DNA of 64,000 bases, taken from the NCBI GenBank assembly GCA_963664435.2, contig CAXXKM010000003.1:1216001-1280000 (forward strand), in the 5' to 3' direction. A program made the translations under genes and the position numbers. The DNA is from Longimicrobiales bacterium. Lineage in GTDB: Bacteria > Gemmatimonadota > Gemmatimonadetes > Longimicrobiales > Gaopeijiaceae. Below are positions 41,298-48,733 of the stretch, in pieces (position 1 is the stretch's first letter; each line of letters opens with the position of its first letter). The notes under the pieces were generated by a model. It did no database searches, was not told the DNA's origin, and worked only from the letters and a program-made list of their open reading frames with translations.

Positions 41298-41360
41298 CTC
41301 TCCTCGCCCTGCCCGCTTCGGTGTTCGGGCTTCCTGTCGCATCGGCCGCGCGCCGGACGT

Positions 41361-41386
41361 ATCACGAGTTATTTAACAATCGTGAT
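41361..41386. promoter_or_regulatory. AT-rich imperfect palindrome upstream of the LRR gene
   Basis: ATCACGA-GTTATTTAACAA-TCGTGAT. Confidence 0.45.
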
Positions 41387-42015
41387 CATTGCGCGAGCTA
41401 TCGGCTCGTACGCATGAGATTACCGTGGCCGGAGAACAGCTGGCAAGGACGACCTACCGGTCACCAAGTTGCGTTCAATTCCCTAGCGAGCCTTCAGGGA
41501 GCGGGATGGGGCGTTCTTGCGAGCCGCTGGCGGCGGGGTCCAGCCGTTCGCGTGCCTTCTCGGACTACATCGGCCACGGCGGACAACAGGACGTTCCCCA
41601 CGGGTTGACGTCCTTGCGAACGGCTTTGCAGCGTTCCGGTTATGGAGACACTGAAGCAGCAGTTTCAATCGCACGCGAGCGAAGCCGCGGCCCACCTGCG
41701 CGGGCGGGTGTGGGCGCTCGGTGCCGAGGACAGCCGCCACCGGATCGGGAAGAATAGGGGCTCTGGGCGGCGCTTAGGCGACGGCGTGCGCGAGGGAACC
41801 CCAAGCCGGGATCCCCTCGTTGAAGACGCCGATGCGACGCGTTCAGCCGGAGCTTCCGCGGCCGCTCCGGACTGGCTTGTCGGACGCCGCTAACTAAGGA
41901 CGGGGAGCCAGCCGGACCCGCGCAAACCGGACGGCCATCCCGAAACCGCTCCACCACGGAGACTCCACGGGGGTCGCTCGGCAAGCCGCTGGCGGCGGCG
42001 TCCTTCGGCTGCTTT

Positions 42016-42048
42016 ACGTTATCGAACATCCTCGAACGTTATCGGACA
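42016..42048. repeat. 13-bp direct repeat with 20-bp period (iteron/operator-like)
   Basis: ACGTTATCGAACA (42016-42028) and ACGTTATCGGACA (42036-42048). Confidence 0.6.
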
Positions 42049-42416
42049 ATAGGCGATTATCCGCGAGTTGACTCGTCTGCCAGCGACCCTTCACCGTTCG
42101 GGGATGGAGACGCTGGAACACTCGTTCAACGTGCCGATTAGGGCGCTCCTCGGGCGGGATGGAGAACCCGCGTCGCGCCTCCACTGGCGACGGGTGGCCG
42201 AACCCGAATCCGGCAACCCGTTGCCCCGTCGAGATGTGGGAAATGGCCTATTTCCCACTCGCTTGCGCGGCTTGCCGACACCGTGTTCGGGTTGATGTGC
42301 ATGGAGATCGTGACCAAACAGTTGGAGACCCCGCCGAGGAGCGTCCTCCGGTGTCGATTCGTTCCCCGTCCCAGCGGCTCCGCGAGCCGAGAAGGCTCGG
42401 AAGAGGGGGACCTGCG

Positions 42417-43352
42417 ATGATCGCCCACCTGAAGGGACGGGAACAGGCGCTGGAACCCTTGGGCCTGACCGGCCGCCGGGCCGAATGGATCGCGCTGGCG
42501 AGCCTGCACGGCGGCGTGTTCACCCGCGCGCAGCTTTCGGACTGGCTCGGGGCCAGCCGCTTCAAGGTGCTCCGGCTCATTCAGGCCCTGACGGAGCGAA
42601 GGCTGGTGACCGAGGAGACGGTCGGAGGTCTCAAGGTCTGCCGGGTCTGCGCGCGCGGCATCTACCGGGCGCTCGCTGCCGAGGACATCCGCCACCGAAG
42701 GATTACCTCGACCGAGGTGGTCATTCGCCGCCTGCTCTCTTTCGACTACGTGATCGAGCATCCGGACCTGCCCTGGCTCCCGACCGAGTCGGAGAAGGTG
42801 GGTGCGTGCGAGGCGCTCGGCATCGACCGCTCGCTCATGCCCGTCCGGGTCTATCGGGGCGCGGTCGGCGGTGCGCGGCGCTACTTCCCGCGCGGGATGC
42901 CCGTGGCGCTGGACTCTTGCCGCGCCGTGTTCGTCCACGCCGATCCCGGCTACGACACCTCGACCGCGCTCCACTCGTGGCGGGACCGGCACCGGAGGCT
43001 CTGGGAGGCGCTTAGAGAGGACGGCTTGTCGGTCGAGGCCATCGGGGTCGCAGGCGGCCGGAGGGAACTCGTTCGAGCGCGGACGATCCTCGGGAACTGG
43101 ACCAATGCGGACACGGCCCAACGTTCCGTGCATCCGCCTGGGACCGTCGCCGCGGCCCGGCGCGAGGCCGCACGGGTCGAGAACGCCATCCGGGGCATGG
43201 ACGACGCGACGGTCGAGGAACTGGGCGGTCTCAACGGCTGCCTTCGCCGCCTCGTCGAGATGAGGGAACTGCTCCGTTCGGCCCGTCCCGAAGGCACGAT
43301 CGACGGCCATTCGGTATGGCGGTCGAGCCGTCTTTCCGGAGTCCGAATTTGA
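42417..43352 (+). CDS. Element backbone protein; N-terminal wHTH-like region, candidate non-canonical relaxase/replication protein
   Basis: GAGGGGG RBS, GVFTRAQLSDWL..VLRLIQALTERRLV wHTH pattern, directly upstream of the T4CP once IS110 is removed. Function inferred. Confidence 0.6.
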   Translation: MIAHLKGREQALEPLGLTGRRAEWIALASLHGGVFTRAQLSDWLGASRFKVLRLIQALTERRLVTEETVGGLKVCRVCARGIYRALAAEDIRHRRITSTEVVIRRLLSFDYVIEHPDLPWLPTESEKVGACEALGIDRSLMPVRVYRGAVGGARRYFPRGMPVALDSCRAVFVHADPGYDTSTALHSWRDRHRRLWEALREDGLSVEAIGVAGGRRELVRARTILGNWTNADTAQRSVHPPGTVAAARREAARVENAIRGMDDATVEELGGLNGCLRRLVEMRELLRSARPEGTIDGHSVWRSSRLSGVRI

Positions 43353-43639
43353 GTGCCGTTCGGGGGAGCCCGTTGCCGATCCGGAGGTGTGAAATCGACA
43401 TCGGGGTGCTTGTGCACGGAAATGCCGCTGTGTTGTGCGGAACGTGGGTTCCGCAAGTCTCCGGACGGCTTGGGGTTGGGCCACGGCCCGCGGATCGCCG
43501 GTGCCGATCCGGGTCTCCGGGCCGTGGACGGGAGCGACCCGGCCCTTCGGGATGCCTGGTGCGGCATCGGGGCGGTTCGGCATGTGCAGGCCCATGCCGC
43601 CCTCCCCGCCGGGTCGCTTGTCTCTTCCATTCTTGGAGA

Positions 43640-43866
43640 TCCCTGCTTGATTTGCAGGTCCGGGTCACGGGGATGGCCCGGTGTGCTGGATGCCCGCAGA
43701 GGCGAGCGGAGCGAGCCGGAGCGGGCATCCAGCACAGACGGTGGTCGGGCCGTCGGGTCGCTGGCCGCAAGGGCCGTACGGGAGTTTGGTCGCCACCGTC
43801 TTTCCCACGTCCTGAATGGATACTTGAGCATCGAGGCTCGCACGACAAGCACAGGAGAAAGGGAAA
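43640..43866 (+). ncRNA. Predicted IS110 bridge RNA (5' hairpins, target-binding loop, donor-binding loop)
   Basis: Target guides CGGGTCGCT 43754-43762 and GTACGGGAG 43776-43784. Donor guides ATGGATACT 43816-43824 and GACAAG 43844-43849. Each pair sits in an internal loop closed by stems. Transcript ends approximate. Confidence 0.88.
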
Positions 43867-43870
43867 GCAC

Positions 43871-44872
43871 ATGAGCACCAGCCGTCGCACCGTCGGGATC
43901 GACATCTCCAAGGACTGGCTCGACGCCTTCGCGGCGCCCGAGGGGAGAGCGTCCCGGTTCTCGAACGACAGGGCCGGCTTCCGGAAACTGATCGCTTGGA
44001 TCGGCTCCGGGATCGACCGGATCGCGTACGAACCCTCCGGAGCCTTCCACCGCGACCTCGAGGACACCCTCCTGAAGGCCGGACTCCCCATGTATGCGAT
44101 CAACCCCTTCCAAGTCCGGTCCTTCGCCCGGTCCCTCGGCCAGCGAGCCAAGACCGATGCCGTGGACGCCCGGATGCTGGCCATCATGGCGTCGGCCATC
44201 GAAGACCTACGCCCGGCGCAGGCGAAGTCCGAGGGGCAGCGCGACCTTGCCGAGCTCCAGCAGATCCGCGACGCGCTGCGCAAGGACCGGACCGCCACCT
44301 CCAACCGCGGCAGGCACTTGCGCACTCCCGTGGGCAAGCGGGTCACCAGGCAGAGGCTGAGGCAGATCGAGCGCCAGCTGAAGCTCATCGACGCAGAGAT
44401 CCGGCAACGGGTGGAGGAGGAGAAGGCGCTGGAGCGCCGGGCCGAGATCCTGACCTCGATCCCGGGCATCTCGGACATCACCGCCGCGGGACTGATCGTC
44501 CACTTGCCGGAGCTCGGCACCCTCACCGGCCCCCGCGCCGCCAGCCTCGCCGGACTGGCCCCGGTCACCCGGGAGTCCGGACACTGGAAGGGACGCAGCT
44601 TCATCCAGGGCGGCAGGCGCCGGGTGCGCCAGTTGCTGTACATGCCCGCAGTGGCTGCGGTCCAGCACAATCCCGACCTCGGGCGCAAGTACGAAGCGCT
44701 CGTGGCTCGGGGCAAGCCGCCCAAGGTCGCCCTGACGGCCGTGATGCGGAAGCTCCTCATCCTCGCCAACGCCCTGGTGCAGCAGGACCGCACTTGGACG
44801 GCGCACCCGCCGCGGGAATACTCCTGCCCGGCCTTCCCGACGCCCAGCCCGGCGGGGAGCGTTCACGGATGA
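43871..44872 (+). CDS. IS110-family DEDD recombinase/transposase (333 aa)
   Basis: VGIDISK (D), AYEPSG (E), AKTDAVDA (D,D), SIPGI, GLAP..RESG (Ser), VRQLLYMPA, ALTAVMRKL. Confidence 0.96.
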   Translation: MSTSRRTVGIDISKDWLDAFAAPEGRASRFSNDRAGFRKLIAWIGSGIDRIAYEPSGAFHRDLEDTLLKAGLPMYAINPFQVRSFARSLGQRAKTDAVDARMLAIMASAIEDLRPAQAKSEGQRDLAELQQIRDALRKDRTATSNRGRHLRTPVGKRVTRQRLRQIERQLKLIDAEIRQRVEEEKALERRAEILTSIPGISDITAAGLIVHLPELGTLTGPRAASLAGLAPVTRESGHWKGRSFIQGGRRRVRQLLYMPAVAAVQHNPDLGRKYEALVARGKPPKVALTAVMRKLLILANALVQQDRTWTAHPPREYSCPAFPTPSPAGSVHG

Positions 44873-44958
44873 TCGAGCCGGGCAAGAACGGGCACCGCAA
44901 CGGAAGCATCGCGAGGGGCGCTGCGAGACACGTCGCTCCAAGAAAATCGGGCATCCGC

Positions 44959-44964
44959 TTGACA
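44959..44964 (+). promoter_or_regulatory. -35 box (TTGACA) at the IS110 right end, forming a junction promoter on circularisation
   Basis: In the circle: TTGACA-17 nt (TGGATACTTGTCTCTTC)-CATTCT (43628-43633), upstream of the bridge RNA. Confidence 0.75.
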
Positions 44965-45004
44965 TGGATACTCCCGTACCAACGATCCCTCCGGGAAGGG
45001 GGCT

Positions 45005-47032
45005 TTGCCGATGAGGAACTCGACGGTCGCCGTCATCGGTGCCGCCATCGGAACGGCGGGCGCGCACGCGCTCGAACTGCCGTTCCCTGCCATCGGCGAC
45101 AACCCCTATCTCGACCTGATCGCCCACAACGATCCGGGCATCCACGCCGCCATCCGCATCTGGTACTACGCCTCGCCCGGCGTCGCGGTCATCCTCGCGG
45201 GCGCGCTCGTCCTCTCGGTCTGGCGGGTCTGGTTGCAGCCCCTCTTCAGGTTCCGGCGCAAGGGCAAGTTGCCCAGGTGGCCCACCTCGCCGAACGACGA
45301 CGCACCCTCTCTGGTAATCGGCGAGACGCACCACCCGACCGTGCCGCGCGAGAGCGAGCGGCCCTCGTGGCTCGTCGTCCCCGAAAAAGGGCTCTACACG
45401 GGCGTGCTCGTCGTCGGGGCCGTCGGCACCGGCAAGACCACGGCCTGCATGTACCCGTTCGCCAGGCAGCTTCTCTCCTGGCGCGCGGATGATCACCGCA
45501 AGCGCGCGGGCGCGCTTGTGCTGGAAGTCAAAGGAGACTTCTGCCATCAGGTTCGGAGCATCCTTGGCGAGGCCAGACGAGAGGAGGACTACCTCGAAAT
45601 CGGGCTCGGCGGCTCGTGGCAGTGGAACCCGCTGGACGATCCGCTCCTCGACTCCTACTCGGCGGCCTACGGCGTCGCGTCGCTCATCAACCAACTCTTC
45701 GGCAAGAGTAGGGAACCGTTCTGGCAACAGGCGTACACGAACCTGGTGCGGTGGATCATCGAGGTCCACCGCATCCTGCCGGGCGGCTGGGTCACGCTCC
45801 GGGACATCTACCGCTGCACCGTGGACGCGGAACTCCTGGGGCGGAGGATCGGCGAGGCCCGGAGGCTTGCGGACCGGCTCCGTCCGAAGCGCGCCGTCAT
45901 CTCGCACGAGGACATGATCGCCCACCCGCAGGCGCTGGAGGAGTGGGCGTGGGAGCGCGTGCCCGGCACCGGCAGCGTGGGGTGCCGTCTCGACCCGGAA
46001 CTGGGATCGCGGCTCGACGAACTTGGCGTCGCCTTCGAAACCGAAGAGGCCGACGGAGGCGCGGGCCGGGAGATCGCCGAACAGGTCGAGGCCATCGAGC
46101 GATGGTACTCCCATGACTGGATGGCGCTGGACGCAAAGCTCCGCACCTCGATCGTCGAGGGCATCAGCGTCTTCCTCTCGCTCTTCGACCTGCCGGACGT
46201 GGCCGGGGTGTTCTGCCCGCCGCCACCCACCGAGACTCCGTCCGCCGAGAGCAACGAAACCAATAGCAACAGCCATCCCGTGCCGGGACTTCGCCGGAGG
46301 CTGCCGCCGCTCGCGCAGCTGATCGACGAAGGCAAGGTCCTCGCCCTGAACATGCCCGCCGGAGCGAACCCGGCGCTCGCACGCGCCATCGGCGTGCTGC
46401 TCAAGAATGCCTGGATGCAGGCGCTGCTCCGGCGTCCGGCCGAGGCCGCCCGCCGTCCCGATCGCTACATGCGGCCCGCCGTGTTCATCTGCGATGAGTA
46501 CCAAGCGTTTGCGACCGTCGGACAGGACGATCCGTCCGGCGACGAGAAGGCGTTCGCGCTCACGCGGCAGTGCCGCTGCATCCCGATCGTCGCCACGCAG
46601 TCGATCTCGTCGCTCCGCTCCGTGCTTCCCTCAGGCGAGGCGTGGCGCACGCTCGTCCAGACGCTCCGCACCCGGATCTTCCTGTCGCTGTCCGACGAGG
46701 CGTCGGCCCGGATCGCGTCCGAGATGTGCGGCTCCGTCATGAAGACGCGGGCCTCACACACGTTCACCGAGACCACGGGCAGGCCCGAGTTCTCGCTCCT
46801 CTCCGGTCGCGCCGGAGGGGGACGGGGCACCATCGGCGCGAGCAAGTCGTTCCGGCAGCAGAGGGAGCCGGTGTTCACGCCGCGCGAGTTCGGGCTGCTC
46901 GCCAACTACCAGGCGATCTGCCTCCCCTACGATGGCGTGAAATCGCTTCCGGCCCGCCGCGTCTACCTGAAGCCCCACTACCTGCCGAGGGAGACGGGCT
47001 ACTGGCGGCTTCGCGAGAAGGGGCGGATATGA
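45005..47032 (+). CDS. Type IV coupling protein (VirD4/TraG/TraD-like ATPase)
   Basis: N-terminal TM helices, Walker A GAVGTGKT, LEVKGD, WNPL, Walker B FICDEYQ, VATQS. Confidence 0.88.
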   Translation: MPMRNSTVAVIGAAIGTAGAHALELPFPAIGDNPYLDLIAHNDPGIHAAIRIWYYASPGVAVILAGALVLSVWRVWLQPLFRFRRKGKLPRWPTSPNDDAPSLVIGETHHPTVPRESERPSWLVVPEKGLYTGVLVVGAVGTGKTTACMYPFARQLLSWRADDHRKRAGALVLEVKGDFCHQVRSILGEARREEDYLEIGLGGSWQWNPLDDPLLDSYSAAYGVASLINQLFGKSREPFWQQAYTNLVRWIIEVHRILPGGWVTLRDIYRCTVDAELLGRRIGEARRLADRLRPKRAVISHEDMIAHPQALEEWAWERVPGTGSVGCRLDPELGSRLDELGVAFETEEADGGAGREIAEQVEAIERWYSHDWMALDAKLRTSIVEGISVFLSLFDLPDVAGVFCPPPPTETPSAESNETNSNSHPVPGLRRRLPPLAQLIDEGKVLALNMPAGANPALARAIGVLLKNAWMQALLRRPAEAARRPDRYMRPAVFICDEYQAFATVGQDDPSGDEKAFALTRQCRCIPIVATQSISSLRSVLPSGEAWRTLVQTLRTRIFLSLSDEASARIASEMCGSVMKTRASHTFTETTGRPEFSLLSGRAGGGRGTIGASKSFRQQREPVFTPREFGLLANYQAICLPYDGVKSLPARRVYLKPHYLPRETGYWRLREKGRI

Positions 47033-47130
47033 AGCGCGAGGCACGAGCCGATCACGCAACTGGCGGACAAGCCGCTTCCCCGCGAGCTTTCGGGCAGGCA
47101 GATCGTGCAGTCCATCTTCGGAGGAATCGA

Positions 47131-48294
47131 ATGATGGCACGCACGAAACGAGGTCGGCGCAGCTACAGCGCCGGAGAATGGGGCCGGAACCGGGTCCGGG
47201 TGTTTCCGGATCCGAAAACCGGCCTGCTCCAGATCGAGTGGCGGGAGAACGGTCGCAGGCTGAGCCGGTCGCTGAAACACCGCGATTGGGCTCGCGCGAA
47301 ACGGCAGGCGGATGAAGCCGCCGCGGGCTTCGCGATGTACGAGCCCAACGGCAAGGCCGAAGCCGAGCCCGAGCCGCTCACCCTGGAGAAGCTTTTTGAC
47401 ATCTACCGGGAAGAGGTGACGCCCACCAAGGGTGAGCCCACCCAGTGGCACGACAAGGCCGCGATGCGGATGTTTCTCGGGTTCTTCGGAATAAGCCGAA
47501 ACCCGGCGACGCTGTCGCAACGGGATTGGGATCGGTTCATCCGGGCGCGGCGGTCGGGTAGGATCGGACCGAGCGGAAAGCCGGTGTCCGACCGGACCAT
47601 CGAACACGACCTGAAGTTCCTGATCGCCGTCTTCAATTGGGCGGCCAAGTCGAGGGACGAGCAGGGTCGTTTGCTCCTTGAGTCGAACCCACTCAAAGGG
47701 CTGAAGGCGCCGACGGAGAAGAACCCCACCCGGGTCGTGATGTCCGACGAGGACTATCAGGCGCTTCTTGAAGTATCTCGGCAGGTCGATTGGCGGTTCC
47801 ACGTCGCGCTCGTGCTCGCACACGAGACCGGACACCGCATCGGTGCCATCCGCCACCTGCGGTGGTCTGACATTAGTCTTGAGGTAGGGACTATCCGATG
47901 GCGTGCTGAGCACGAGAAGACCGGTTACGAGCACCGAACGCCGGTGACCGCAGAGGCGCTTGCCGTGTTGGAAGAAGCCGCGAGACGCAGACCGGGAGTC
48001 GAAGATGCTCCGGTGTTGCCCACGCCTACGGATAGCTCAAGATGCTTGAGCCGCTCGCTGAGCTACGCTTGGTGGAACAGGGCGCAGGAACTCGCACGGC
48101 TGGAGCCGAAACCTGGCAGGGGCTGGCACTCGCTGAGGCGCAAGTTTGCTTCGGACCTCATGAACCAGCCCCTCAAGGTGCTGTGTGAACTCGGAGGCTG
48201 GAAGACGGCCCACACCGTGCTCCGGTGCTATCAGAGGGCGGACGAGGCACAGCTGAGGGAGGCGCTCGACAGTCGTCGCCGAATTCGGGCCTGA
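47131..48294 (+). CDS. Tyrosine recombinase/integrase
   Basis: ETGHRIGAI (Arg), EKTG (Lys), WHSLRRKFA (HxxR), LGGW, CYQ (Tyr). GGAGGA RBS. Adjacent to the right att. Confidence 0.93.
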   Translation: MMARTKRGRRSYSAGEWGRNRVRVFPDPKTGLLQIEWRENGRRLSRSLKHRDWARAKRQADEAAAGFAMYEPNGKAEAEPEPLTLEKLFDIYREEVTPTKGEPTQWHDKAAMRMFLGFFGISRNPATLSQRDWDRFIRARRSGRIGPSGKPVSDRTIEHDLKFLIAVFNWAAKSRDEQGRLLLESNPLKGLKAPTEKNPTRVVMSDEDYQALLEVSRQVDWRFHVALVLAHETGHRIGAIRHLRWSDISLEVGTIRWRAEHEKTGYEHRTPVTAEALAVLEEAARRRPGVEDAPVLPTPTDSSRCLSRSLSYAWWNRAQELARLEPKPGRGWHSLRRKFASDLMNQPLKVLCELGGWKTAHTVLRCYQRADEAQLREALDSRRRIRA

Positions 48295-48386
48295 GCCCAT
48301 TTGGCGGGAATGGAATAGCGGGAGTCCGGTCGGTTGCACTCGCTAGTCTAGTATTAGCAACGGGATATGAACTTGTGTGTATCTGT

Positions 48387-48395
48387 TGCACCGGC
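48387..48395 (+). repeat. Right att core TGCACCGGC
   Basis: Exact copy of 34522-34530. Confidence 0.88.
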
Positions 48396-48508
48396 TCATC
48401 CTCCGCTTCCTGCTGGACCGGGGCGATCCCTACGGCAACACCTGGGGGCGGCGCCTGCCGGGGGTGATGCGGTGGAATCCCCCGCTGGAGCTGGCGGAGA
48501 AGGGCTGA
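48396..48508 (+). pseudogene. Displaced 3' end of the alpha/beta-hydrolase gene
   Basis: Joined to 34530 it reads LILRFLLDRGDPYGNTWGRRLPGVMRWNPPLELAEKG*, with host-like GC3 codons. Confidence 0.88.
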
Positions 48509-48733
48509 AGTCGACCCGACCCCTGCGCCGGACCGCGCTCCCCTCAACCAAGTGCACCCGAAAATGACCGAGGAGTGAGCGTTAATGGCTGATCCGTCCT
48601 CGGCGTGACGCTAAGTCCATCAGGAAACGTGCTTTGCCACGCATGGCATCCTGATTTGACATGGTTTCGGGCGGGGGATACCGTCACTTGTCGGGTTGTC
48701 GTCCCCGGCCCCCCCTCGAACCCCCGTGCGCTC

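Larger units (their letters stand above)
43617..44972 (+). mobile_element. Complete IS110-family element flanked by CT core dinucleotides
   Basis: CT at 43617-43618 and 44971-44972. Boundaries defined by matches of internal guide segments to both flanks. About 250-nt non-coding left end, recombinase, and a 100-nt right end with TTGACA. Confidence 0.92.
34522..48395. mobile_element. Tyrosine-integrase integrative (probably mobilizable) element, 13,865 bp between att cores
   Basis: Direct repeat TGCACCGGC at 34522-34530 and 48387-48395. Integrase ends 92 bp inside the right core. Excision restores the hydrolase ORF. Carries a T4CP. Confidence 0.9.

Noticed and set aside
43632..43642. Alternative IS110 left end at CT-TGGAGATCC, an imperfect inverted repeat of GGATACTCC at the right end
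   Set aside because: Both the target guide (CGGGTCGCT) and the donor guide (GACAAG) place the core at 43617-43618, and only that boundary gives a 17-bp -35/-10 spacing.
34522..48395. Prophage or self-transmissible ICE
   Set aside because: No virion genes and no VirB4/mating-pair genes between the att cores.
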